Positions 1 through 7,597 of a stretch of DNA of 14,851 nucleotides are shown here, piece by piece. This DNA comes from Gemmatimonadota bacterium. Lineage in GTDB: Bacteria; Gemmatimonadota; Gemmatimonadetes; Gemmatimonadales; Gemmatimonadaceae. Each line of letters starts with the position of its first letter. The first letter of the stretch is position 1. Made by a program: the position numbers and the translations under genes. The notes under the pieces are model-generated. The model was given only the letters and a program-made list of their open reading frames with translations. It had not been told where the DNA came from and ran no database searches. Where the stretch lies: NCBI GenBank assembly GCA_025359135.1, contig JANYHJ010000112.1, forward strand, positions 1 to 14,851, written 5' to 3'.

Positions 1-1330
1 TGGCCGACGGGCCGTATGCTGGCGTGACGGTAGCCGAGGGCACCGACCTGGGCTCGCGCATGACGGCGTATCGCTGGCACTTGGCCGATCCGGTGCCGTT
101 CACGACCGAGCTGCGCTTCGCCATCGAGCACGTCGGCTGGACCTTCAACCCCGACGGCTCAGCGCGTTCGGCGAGTGAGGAGCGCAAGGATCTCTTCAGC
201 ACCGTCGCCTTCTGGTACCAGCAGGGCATCGCGCGCGACCAGAGCGAGCCGCCGCACGGTTGCCGCATGGCAACGCGCGCCAGATCGAGGTCGAGCGCGA
301 CATCGCGCACGTGACCACCAGCAACGGCACGGCGAGCGTGCAGAAGGAAGTGTTCTGGGGCAAGGACCTGCTCTTTCTCGAAGCCAAGGCGCCCGGCGCG
401 CGCATGGACATTCCCTTCTCCATCGATGCGGCCGGCCGCTACGAACTCGTCGCGCAGGTGGGCGCGGCGCCCGACTACGGCATCTACCAGGTGCTCGTCG
501 ACGGCAAGCCGGTGAGCGCGAGCCCCGGCATCGAGACGGAACCCGGCGCCAACATCGGCGCAGGGGCCGTGATCGACGGCTACTACCGCGAAGTGTTCGT
601 GGGCGAGGATCGGTTGATCACGTGGGCGCAGCTTGCCGCGGGTGCGCACACGGTGAGCTTCGTCTGCATGGGCAAGAACGCGCAAAGCAGCGGCTACAGC
701 CTTGGCGTCGACGGCCTCGTGATTGCGCGCGTCGCCGACGGCAGTGGCAACACGCTTACGCACGATTCGGCCAGCAGCACCAATCCCGCCGACCGGCTGC
801 GGCGCATCGGGGCGCTTGGGCCCGCGGCTGCATCGCAGATGGCGGCGCTCAAGAGCGCGCTCACGAGCTCGAGCGCCGACGAGCGCGAAGCCGCGCTCTG
901 GGCCTTCACGCAGCTGCGCGCAGCGGCAGCCCCCGCCATCCCCGCGCTCACACTGGCGCTCCGCGACGAAAGCCACGTGGCGCGCGGTCTCGCGGCGCTC
1001 GCGCTCCGCGACGCCGGCCCGCTCCCCGATGCCTCCGTCGACGCGCTCATGCGCGTGGTCGACACCGACGGTGATGACGATGGCGTGCGCATGATGGCCG
1101 CCAATGCGATTGCGGCACAGGGCGCGCGCGTGGCGCGTGTCGTGCCGGCGCTCATTGCCGTGGGCGGGCGCGCCGGCGTGCATCGCCACATTCTGCGCGC
1201 CGTGGCCGATGCCTTGGGCGCTGCGGGTCCCGCGGCGCGCGATGCACTGCCGATGTTGCGCGAGATGGCCAAGCAGCCGCTCGTCCGCTGGAACGCGAAC
1301 GCCGCGATGAGAAGGATCGACAGCCGCTGA
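1..1330 (+). CDS. 5'-partial protein with an N-terminal beta-rich domain and C-terminal HEAT/PBS-lyase-like repeats. The reading frame switches from frame 3 to frame 2 near 251-272, so this is an apparent frameshift or pseudogene.
   Basis: Frame 3 is open from base 1 with no upstream stop, so the gene enters from outside the window, and it reads ...FAIEHVGWTFNPDG...WYQQGIARDQSEPPHG. A protein-like sequence then continues only in frame 2: HGNARQIEVERDIAHV...VDGKPV... and on to the stop at 1328-1330. The C-terminal ~170 aa show a repeated A/L/R-rich pattern typical of HEAT_2/PBS-lyase repeats (ALRDESHVARGLAALAL...; DDGVRMMAANAIAAQG...). Frames 2 and 3 are both open across 179-314. Confidence 0.55.
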
Positions 1331-1437
1331 TGAACAGATGTTGCGCACACTGAGGCGCGCCCGCGACAGCGCATTTCAGAGGAGAATGCACCAGCGACGC
1401 GCACGATTGTCCGCGAAAGTGGTCACGTAACGAACGC

Positions 1438-1456
1438 GCGGGCGACACGCCCGCTT
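1438..1456 (+). terminator. GC-rich hairpin downstream of gene 1, a candidate intrinsic terminator with a weak U-tract.
   Basis: GCGGGCG (1438-1444) - aca - CGCCCGC (1448-1454), followed by TT. Confidence 0.3.
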
Positions 1457-1483
1457 GAGAACGTCAACACCCCGGGAGGAGGG

Positions 1484-1497
1484 GTTCCGGCCGGAAC
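1484..1497. promoter_or_regulatory. Perfect 14-bp palindrome GTTCCGGCCGGAAC in the flotillin upstream region, a candidate dimeric regulator binding site.
   Basis: Read directly from the sequence. It lies about 80 nt upstream of the flotillin start codon, inside a 248-nt intergenic region. Confidence 0.3.
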
Positions 1498-1578
1498 GCG
1501 AACTCCAACTTCAATGCACACCCCCGGCAGATGCGCTGGCATCCCGCTCGCGCTCCCGGGCCACATGGAGACCACGTA

Positions 1579-2829
1579 ATGGACGCCGTTGGCATGCTTG
1601 GCTCATACTGGTGGATCGTTGTCCTGATCCTCCTGATCGTGTTCTACAAGGTCGTACTCCGCCTCTTCGGCGCCGTCATCATCCCCGGCAACGCGATCGG
1701 CGTGGTGCGGAAGCGCTGGGTGTTGTTCGGTCACAACCGGACGCTCCCCGATGGGCAGATCATCGCCCTCGAGGGCGAGGCCGGTTACCAGGCCGACACG
1801 CTTGCGCCCGGGCTGCACTGGGCGCTCTGGCCGTGGCAGTACGACATCAGCGTCGTGCCGTTCATCGACATCTCCGAGGGCAAGCTGGGCGTCGTCGACG
1901 CGCGCGATGGCATGCCGCTCACCGATCGCGTCTTCGGTCGCGAAGTCGATTGCAAGGCGTACCAGGACGCGCGCGCCTTTCTCACCAAGGGCGGCCAGCG
2001 CGGCCCGCAGATCGCCGTCATTCCGCCCGGCACGTATCGCATCAACACGTCGCTCTTCAGCGTCAAGATGGTCAACGTCCTCGAGATTCCCGAGGGCAAG
2101 GTCGGCATCGTCACCACGCAGGACGGCGCGCCGCTCAAGACGGGCGAGATCGCCGGCCGCGAAGTGCCGGGGCACGAGATGTTCCAGGACGGCGAGCACT
2201 TCGTGCATCACGGCGGCAACAAGGGCTTGCAGGCGCAGGTCATGCTGGCCGGCTCGTACTACCTCAATCCGAATTTCGCCTCGGTCGAGCTCGCCAACAT
2301 GACCGAGGTGCCCATCGGTCACGCCGGCGTCGTCATCGCGTTCGTGGGCGACGAGGGCGCCGACGTCACCGGCGAAGGGTTCAAGCACGGCAACATGGTC
2401 AAGCGCGGCGAACGCGGTGTCTGGGTCGATCCGCTCGACCCCGGCATGTACCCCGTCAATCCGAAGACCAACCACGTCGTCTCCGTGCCCACGACGAACG
2501 TCGTGCTCAACTGGGCCACGGGAAAGACGGAAGCGCACAAGCTCGACGCCAAGCTCTCCACCATCACCGTGCGCTCGAGCGACGGCTTCACCTTCAACCT
2601 CGACGTCTCGCAGATCATCCACATCCCCCGGTCGTCGGCCCCCAAGGTCATCGCCCGCTTCGGGAGCATGGACAACCTCGTCACGCAGGTGCTCGAGCCC
2701 ACCATCGGCAACTACTTCCGCAACGCAGCGCAGAAGTCGGACGCCATCTCGTTCCTCAACGAACGCACGGCGCGGCAGGGCGAAGCGCGCGAGCACATCC
2801 AGCGTGCGCTCGAACAGTACGACGTGTAG
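1579..2829 (+). CDS. Flotillin-like SPFH/band-7 membrane protein: N-terminal TM helix, SPFH domain and the first part of the flotillin region. The ORF ends at an in-frame TAG at 2827-2829.
   Basis: An ATG at 1579 is preceded by GGAG at 1567-1570. The N-terminal hydrophobic helix is SYWWIVVLILLIVFYKVVLRLFGAVII, followed by SPFH-like sequence. The upstream 1531 start given by the ORF track lacks an RBS. Conservation continues straight across the TAG into the next ORF in the same frame. Confidence 0.8.
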   Translation: MDAVGMLGSYWWIVVLILLIVFYKVVLRLFGAVIIPGNAIGVVRKRWVLFGHNRTLPDGQIIALEGEAGYQADTLAPGLHWALWPWQYDISVVPFIDISEGKLGVVDARDGMPLTDRVFGREVDCKAYQDARAFLTKGGQRGPQIAVIPPGTYRINTSLFSVKMVNVLEIPEGKVGIVTTQDGAPLKTGEIAGREVPGHEMFQDGEHFVHHGGNKGLQAQVMLAGSYYLNPNFASVELANMTEVPIGHAGVVIAFVGDEGADVTGEGFKHGNMVKRGERGVWVDPLDPGMYPVNPKTNHVVSVPTTNVVLNWATGKTEAHKLDAKLSTITVRSSDGFTFNLDVSQIIHIPRSSAPKVIARFGSMDNLVTQVLEPTIGNYFRNAAQKSDAISFLNERTARQGEAREHIQRALEQYDV

Positions 2830-2856
2830 GCGGTCGACACGCTCATCGGCGACATC

Positions 2857-3402
2857 GTGCCGCCGGAAACCCTCATGAAGACGCTCACCGATCGCAAGCT
2901 CGCCGAACAGCAGCGCATCACCTTCGAGACCCAGCGCGGGGCGGAGACCACGCGCCAGCAGCTCGAGCAGTCGCGCGCCCTGGCCAACACCCAGGCGCAG
3001 GTGGTGGATGCCGAACGCAGCGTGCAGATCGCCGACTTCCACGCGCAGTCCACGGTCAAGAAGGCGCGCGGTGAGGCGGAAGCCAAGACCACCAATGCCA
3101 CGGCCGATGCCAACGTGCGCCAGACCATCGGCGCCGCCGACGCACAGGTCATCACCGTCACGGGTGCGGCCGAAGCCGGCAAGATCCGTTCGGTCGGTGA
3201 AGCCGAGGCCGAAGTGCTCAAGAAGAAGATCGAATCGGTCGACCCGCAGTACTACGCGGTCATGGACATCTTCAAGAATCTCGCGAACGGGCAGGTCAAG
3301 CTCGTGCCCGACATCTCGATGAGCGGGGCAAACGGGGGCTCGGGCCCGCTCGACGTCTTGCTCGGCATGGCGCTGCGCGACGCGGTGAAGGAGAAGAGGT
3401 GA
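2857..3402 (+). CDS. C-terminal part of the same flotillin gene: a coiled-coil, Ala/Glu-rich flotillin tail. It is in the same frame as 1579-2829 and separated from it only by the TAG at 2827.
   Basis: Frame 1 reads ...ALEQYDV*AVDTLIGDIVPPETLMKTL..., followed by AEAEAK / AEAEVLKKK repeats typical of flotillin C-termini. The GTG 'start' at 2857 has no RBS. Read as one gene, 1579-3402 encodes about 607 aa. Confidence 0.7.
   Translation: MPPETLMKTLTDRKLAEQQRITFETQRGAETTRQQLEQSRALANTQAQVVDAERSVQIADFHAQSTVKKARGEAEAKTTNATADANVRQTIGAADAQVITVTGAAEAGKIRSVGEAEAEVLKKKIESVDPQYYAVMDIFKNLANGQVKLVPDISMSGANGGSGPLDVLLGMALRDAVKEKR
3348..3395 (+). repeat. Copy A of an imperfect direct repeat, formed by the flotillin 3' end. 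Similarity to copy B extends over roughly 3334-3417.
   Basis: The 24-nt core GCTCGACGTCTTGCTCGGCATGGC is identical in both copies; about 43/48 nt match over the core region. The shared GGTCCGTCG block downstream of the stop shows that the similarity is at the DNA level. Confidence 0.7.
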
Positions 3403-3413
3403 CGTACAGGTCC

Positions 3414-3432
3414 GTCGGCGCGCGACGCCGAC
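3414..3432. terminator. Hairpin in the convergent intergenic region.
   Basis: GTCGGCG (3414-3420) - cgcga - CGCCGAC (3426-3432). Confidence 0.3.
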
Positions 3433-3457
3433 GCGCCCGGTGACGTCCTGAACGACG

Positions 3458-3491
3458 CGGGGGCCGTCGGCAGCTGCCGGCGGCCCCCGTT
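3458..3491. terminator. Long GC-rich near-perfect hairpin between the convergent flotillin and phosphatase genes; a candidate bidirectional terminator.
   Basis: CGGGGGCCG (3458-3466) and CGGCCCCCG (3481-3489) flank the internally palindromic core TCGGCAGCTGCCGG. This gives a stem of about 17 bp with one G:U or mismatch, followed by TT. Confidence 0.45.
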
Positions 3492-3512
3492 GTCCGCGCG
3501 ATTGCCTCGTCG

Positions 3513-5123
3513 CTAGCGGATCACCTCGGTCAGCACTCGGCCATCGAGCGGTGGGGTCTTGACCCCCAACAGCGCGGCGAGCGTCGGTGCGAGGTCCACG
3601 ACGCGCACGAAGCGGTGCACGCGTCCGGGGACGATGCCCGCCCCCCGAAGCACGAGCGGCACGTGCGCATCCGGGTCGTGCGGCGATCCGTGCATCGCGA
3701 TCGTGACGCCGGCGGGGTAGCTGCCGCGCGTCAGGGTGACCACGAGACGTGTCGTGTCTGCCTGCGGCTGCAGCGTGTGCAGCCAGCGCCGCGCGATGAC
3801 GTCGCGCGTGGTGTCGAGGGACGCAAGGGACGCCAGCAGGTCGGCGCGCTCGACGTCGTTGATGCGGCGCACGTCCGACGCGAAGGATCGCGCGATGGAG
3901 TCCGGCGCGAATCCGCGAGCCACGAGCCGCGCGGTCGGCAGCGACAGGATGTTGTCGGCGAAGACCGCAAACGAATCCGGGGGCGACAGCTTCGCGCTGT
4001 CGAGCCGCTGCCGGAGCGACTGCCACGCCGGGGCCACGTCGACGCGTGTCGCACCTGCATTGGGTTCGACGCCGGACGCCAGCCATGCGAACGGGCTCAC
4101 CCCGTGGTCCGCCGTCAGCGCGATGACGATGCGGGATGAGTCGCGCAGCGCATAGAGAGAATCGAGGAAGGCGCCGAGGTACAGGTCAAGTTGCAGCACC
4201 TGGTCGTGGTACTCCTTGCTGTCTGGACCGTACCGGTGGCCCACGGCGTCGGTCGCTGACAGCGAGACTGACACGATGTCCGTGCGCGTCGGCGAGTCGC
4301 CGAGCCCGAGTCGCACGACCCCCTCGAGCACGAGCTGCAACGTGATCTGGTCCATCCACGGATACTGGGTGATCGCCGTGTCCGCCGCCGCCACGTCGCG
4401 GGGCATCCGGTGCGGAAACCACAGATCCCGGCCCCCGTTCTCGGCAATCACGCTATCCGGCTCGGCGTATACGCTGGAGCCGTAGAGAGGCGTCCACGAT
4501 TGCCCTGCGTACTGCCACGGCAGGTGGCGGTCGTTGAATCGCCTGAGCCAGGTGGGCAGCGTGTCGGCGTAGTAGGTGCTGGTCGTGAACTGCCCAGTCG
4601 AGGTGTACCAGTACACCGGCCCGCGCGCGCGACCCACCGGAAGGATTGCACCCCGGTCCTTCCGCGAGACGGAGAGGATGCGCGGGGGGCGTCCCGCCGT
4701 CGTCAGCCAGTCTATCAGCGTCGTAGCGCGGAACCGATCGGGCGACGCTCCCGGGTCTGACGGCCCTCCGGTCAGCAACGGGGCCGCAGCGGAACCGTTC
4801 ACTCCCGTCGCGTTCGTCGCGATGCCGCTGTGCACGGGAAACTGCCCTGACAGCAACGCCGCATGCCCAGGCGCCGTCTCCGTGAACGCGTGGTCCTGGT
4901 AGGCCTCCGTGAACACCGCGCCTCCCTCGTAGATCCGCGGGAAGCCGAAGCGCAGGTGCTCGCGATAGCGCTCGTATGCATCGGCGCGCAGCTGGTCCAC
5001 GGTGATCAGGACGACGAGCTGCGGCGTGCGCGCCGCGGCCGGGCCCTGCGCCGAAACGGACGTGAGCGGCAACGCTGCGAGTGAAGCGAGCAGGAGCGTG
5101 GACAGCGAGCGCGAGGAGCGCAT
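3513..5123 (-). CDS. Secreted alkaline-phosphatase-superfamily enzyme of the type I phosphodiesterase/nucleotide pyrophosphatase family.
   Basis: 536 aa with an N-terminal Sec signal peptide (MRSSRSLSTLLLASLAALPLTSVSAQG). Family motifs are present: VVLITVDQLRADAY, SGQFPVHSGIATN, LTADHGV and MHGSPHDPDAHVPLVL. Confidence 0.85.
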   Translation of the reverse strand: MRSSRSLSTLLLASLAALPLTSVSAQGPAAARTPQLVVLITVDQLRADAYERYREHLRFGFPRIYEGGAVFTEAYQDHAFTETAPGHAALLSGQFPVHSGIATNATGVNGSAAAPLLTGGPSDPGASPDRFRATTLIDWLTTAGRPPRILSVSRKDRGAILPVGRARGPVYWYTSTGQFTTSTYYADTLPTWLRRFNDRHLPWQYAGQSWTPLYGSSVYAEPDSVIAENGGRDLWFPHRMPRDVAAADTAITQYPWMDQITLQLVLEGVVRLGLGDSPTRTDIVSVSLSATDAVGHRYGPDSKEYHDQVLQLDLYLGAFLDSLYALRDSSRIVIALTADHGVSPFAWLASGVEPNAGATRVDVAPAWQSLRQRLDSAKLSPPDSFAVFADNILSLPTARLVARGFAPDSIARSFASDVRRINDVERADLLASLASLDTTRDVIARRWLHTLQPQADTTRLVVTLTRGSYPAGVTIAMHGSPHDPDAHVPLVLRGAGIVPGRVHRFVRVVDLAPTLAALLGVKTPPLDGRVLTEVIR

Positions 5124-5154
5124 GGAAACGGGGACGATGCGTGACGACCGGCGT

Positions 5155-5173
5155 CGGCCCGATCATCGGGCCG
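5155..5173. promoter_or_regulatory. 19-nt palindrome CGGCCCGAT-C-ATCGGGCCG, 32-50 nt upstream of the phosphatase start codon on the minus strand. It could be an operator, or a hairpin terminator for the cFTR1 gene that ends upstream.
   Basis: Two perfect 9-nt inverted arms, read directly from the sequence. Confidence 0.3.
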
Positions 5174-5260
5174 AACTGGCAACCCTGAACTCTCCCCGCG
5201 GACGGTCAATCCCGCGTCACGGCCGCGCGACGGTCGCGTATCACGCCGGGGCTAGTGGAG

Positions 5261-5308
5261 GCTCGACGTCTTGCTCGGCATGGCATTGCGCGACGTGGCG
5301 AAGAATGA
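5261..5308 (+). repeat. Copy B of the direct repeat: a decayed, out-of-frame remnant of a flotillin 3' end. Similarity to copy A extends over roughly 5247-5341.
   Basis: In frame it reads LDVLLGMALRDVAKND..., against LDVLLGMALRDAVKEKR* in copy A. There is no stop codon at the equivalent position. The region immediately upstream of the core (about 5247-5260) matches copy A only with a 1-nt indel. Confidence 0.7.
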
Positions 5309-5344
5309 CCGCGACGTGAGCGGGAAACGGCGAGGTCCGTCGCT

Positions 5345-7597
5345 CTATGGCCGCTGTTGCCGCTGGCTCTTGCCGCGCTCGGACTCGAGTTCGCCCTCGA
5401 GCGAGGCGAGCCGCTCCTCGAGCCGCCGCGCCTTGGCCGTCAGCTCCGCGACCTTCCCCTCGAGGTCCACGTGCACATGCTTGGCCACGCCGTCGGGGCT
5501 CGCGGCACGCTCGGCCGCGCTCGCACGCGCACTCGCCCAGGTACGCCAGAGTGCGAAGCCGAGCAGCACGAGCATCACGCCCTGCGCGATCATCCCCTCG
5601 CGGCTCGGGTTGATGCCGAGCGCGTCGATCGTCGGCCAGCCGGGGAGCAGCGTGAGCGAGAGCGCGTTCCCCTCCTGCAGCTCGCGGATCCCCTTGCCCA
5701 TGAACACGAAGGCCATGAGATAGAGCATGCCGCTCGTGGCCGCGAAGAACGGCCGCATCGGAATCTTCACGCCGAAGCGGTGGAAGGCGATGAAGATGAA
5801 GGTGAGCGCCACGAAGCCGGCCGCGAGTCCAAGCGAGATCGGCATCCCGACGGCGCCCGGCTGCTGGAAGAGCGCCTGGAAGAAGAGCGCCGTCTCCGCG
5901 CCTTCGCGATACACCGCGAGGAAGGCCGTGAACGCGAGCGCCGCGCCACCGCCCTGCTTGAGCGCAGTGTTCACCTTCTCGCGGATGAACTGCTGCCACT
6001 TGGCCGCCTCGACCTTGCTGATGAGCCAGTAGCTCACCGAGAAGAGCACGGCGACGGCGATGAGCAGCGTGACCCCCTCGACGATCTCGCGGCTCGCCGG
6101 CAGGTGCGAGAGCGCGGTGGCGAGCACGACGGCCGTCGCGAAGCTGGCGACGAGCGCGGCCATCACCCCCTGCCACACCGACCGCACGCGCTCCCTGTTC
6201 CCCGTCTTCACGAGAAAGGTGATGATCGCGCCGATGACGAGGATCGCCTCGAACCCTTCACGGAGGATGATGAGGAAGCTCTGGATGAACAGCTCCCAGA
6301 AGTCGCCCACCGGCTGCGCCAGCGCCACCATGTGCGGGAGCTCACGCGCGATCGAATCCCGCGCGGCGGCGGCGGCGGCCATGTTGCCGAGTTTCACGTT
6401 GGCCTTGAACGCGGCGAACGACGCCTCCATCGCGCTCACCTTGGCCGGCTCCTGCGCGCGGGCGCGCGTCTCGAGCGGCTCGAAGGCGAGGTACGCATCG
6501 AACGCCTTGTCGCCGGCATCGGCGGAGCGGCCTGCCTTGGCGGCGGCCAGCGCTTCATCCATGAGGGCGAGCACCGTGCGTGCGGCCGACTGTGCGGCGT
6601 CGGCGGCACCCTGTGTCGTCGGCTTCACGGGCGACTGCGCGGCGAGCACCGCAGCCTCGCGCGTGGGCAGCGCGCGCACATAGGCGACGACCGCGTTCAC
6701 GTCCGCATCATTCATCGGCAGGGCGGTGCCGGTGGCGGCGCCCGCATCCTTGATCCGGAGCGCCAGCGCCACGTCGCTCTTCTCGGCCGCGTACTCGAAC
6801 CGCGAGAGCTCGGCGGGAAGCGTCGCGCCCTTGGCCCGCACGTCGTGCTGCGCCTTCCAGATCGAGTCGCCGCGCGCGACCTGTTCGGCCGAGCTGCGCA
6901 GCGACGCGAGGTAGTGCACGATGTCCCAGCGATCGTCCGGCGAGAACGAGGATGCCCAGCCGGCCATCGCCGTGCCGGCCACGCCGACGCTGACCACGCG
7001 GTACATCGTGGCGGGCGCCTTCTCGCGCATCGCCGTGCCGACGAGCGCGGGCGGTTGCGCGGTGAGTCCCTTGGCGGCGGGTCCGTTGCCCTCGGCCATC
7101 GCGCCATGGCAGGCCGCGCAATTGGCGGCGAAGAGCGCCTGCCCGCGCGCGAGGTCGACGCGGCGCGTCGGCATGTCGAGCGCGGCATCGGAACCGAGTG
7201 CGGCCACGAGGCGCTGGTGAATGACTTCGAGCGCGACGGGCGGCACTTTGGCGCGCACGGCGGCGGCGATCGTGTCGACCAGCGCACGCACCTGCGCGGT
7301 ATGGCCGCCGGTCAGCCGGCCCGCGACTTCGCGCGCGTCGACCAGGAAGCTCGCCGCTTCGTCGTACTCGGAGGCGGCGATCAGCCGGCCGCGCTGGTCG
7401 ACACCCTTGGCGTATTCGTCGAGGGCCACGGCGACGATGCCGGCGAGTCGTTTGCCGGGAAGATCCTGGGCGGCCGCACTGCGAGGAAGAGCAGTCGCAA
7501 ACGTCAGGACCGCGGCGGTCGCGAAGCGCGCGAGTACCCTGCGGCTCGACGGCGTCGCAGTCCGGCTCTTTGTATTGAGAATGGTTCTCATTTGCAT
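5345..7597 (-). CDS. Cytochrome-c-domain::FTR1 iron permease fusion (cFTR1 type) with a C-terminal coiled-coil tail.
   Basis: The sequence has a CxxCH heme-binding motif (CAACHG) and a downstream Met-rich region. Two REGxE permease motifs are present (REGFEAIL and REGAETALF) within a polytopic hydrophobic region. The N-terminal signal-like sequence is MRTILNTKSRTATPSSRRVLARFATAAVLTFATALP. The likely start is the ATG at 7597 or 7591; the 7702 start given by the ORF track adds 35 non-protein-like residues. Confidence 0.8.
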   Translation of the reverse strand: MQMRTILNTKSRTATPSSRRVLARFATAAVLTFATALPRSAAAQDLPGKRLAGIVAVALDEYAKGVDQRGRLIAASEYDEAASFLVDAREVAGRLTGGHTAQVRALVDTIAAAVRAKVPPVALEVIHQRLVAALGSDAALDMPTRRVDLARGQALFAANCAACHGAMAEGNGPAAKGLTAQPPALVGTAMREKAPATMYRVVSVGVAGTAMAGWASSFSPDDRWDIVHYLASLRSSAEQVARGDSIWKAQHDVRAKGATLPAELSRFEYAAEKSDVALALRIKDAGAATGTALPMNDADVNAVVAYVRALPTREAAVLAAQSPVKPTTQGAADAAQSAARTVLALMDEALAAAKAGRSADAGDKAFDAYLAFEPLETRARAQEPAKVSAMEASFAAFKANVKLGNMAAAAAARDSIARELPHMVALAQPVGDFWELFIQSFLIILREGFEAILVIGAIITFLVKTGNRERVRSVWQGVMAALVASFATAVVLATALSHLPASREIVEGVTLLIAVAVLFSVSYWLISKVEAAKWQQFIREKVNTALKQGGGAALAFTAFLAVYREGAETALFFQALFQQPGAVGMPISLGLAAGFVALTFIFIAFHRFGVKIPMRPFFAATSGMLYLMAFVFMGKGIRELQEGNALSLTLLPGWPTIDALGINPSREGMIAQGVMLVLLGFALWRTWASARASAAERAASPDGVAKHVHVDLEGKVAELTAKARRLEERLASLEGELESERGKSQRQQRP

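Noticed and set aside
1-700. Assigning the gene 1 N-terminal domain to a named family (I considered DUF2961/GH172-like jelly-roll).
   Set aside because: I cannot recall diagnostic motifs well enough to support a family call from sequence alone, so the domain is left as an uncharacterised beta-rich domain.
175-1074. 299-aa Arg-rich ORF overlapping gene 1 in another frame, with similar overlapping ORFs at 723-1094 and 1455-3074.
   Set aside because: Extreme Arg/Ala/Pro composition and no motifs; the real protein-like frames are those called above.
1386-1430. 14-aa ORF (MHQRRARLSAKVVT) preceded by GAGGAGA.
   Set aside because: The SD-like sequence lies only 1 nt from the ATG, which is too close for initiation. 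The ORF is tiny and basic, so it is probably chance, although a leader peptide cannot be excluded.
1331-1578. tRNA, riboswitch or sRNA in the long flotillin leader and other intergenic gaps (3403-3512, 5124-5344, 11986-12079).
   Set aside because: I found no cloverleaf-compatible arms or conserved T-loop (GTTCGA-like) motifs, and nothing recognisable as a known riboswitch core. Only palindromes and hairpins are present, and those are reported separately.
1603-4086. 827-aa ORF on the minus strand spanning the flotillin gene and part of the phosphatase gene.
   Set aside because: It is antisense to flotillin and out of frame with the phosphatase. Its composition is Arg/Asp/Gly-rich and not protein-like, so it is a GC-driven artefact.
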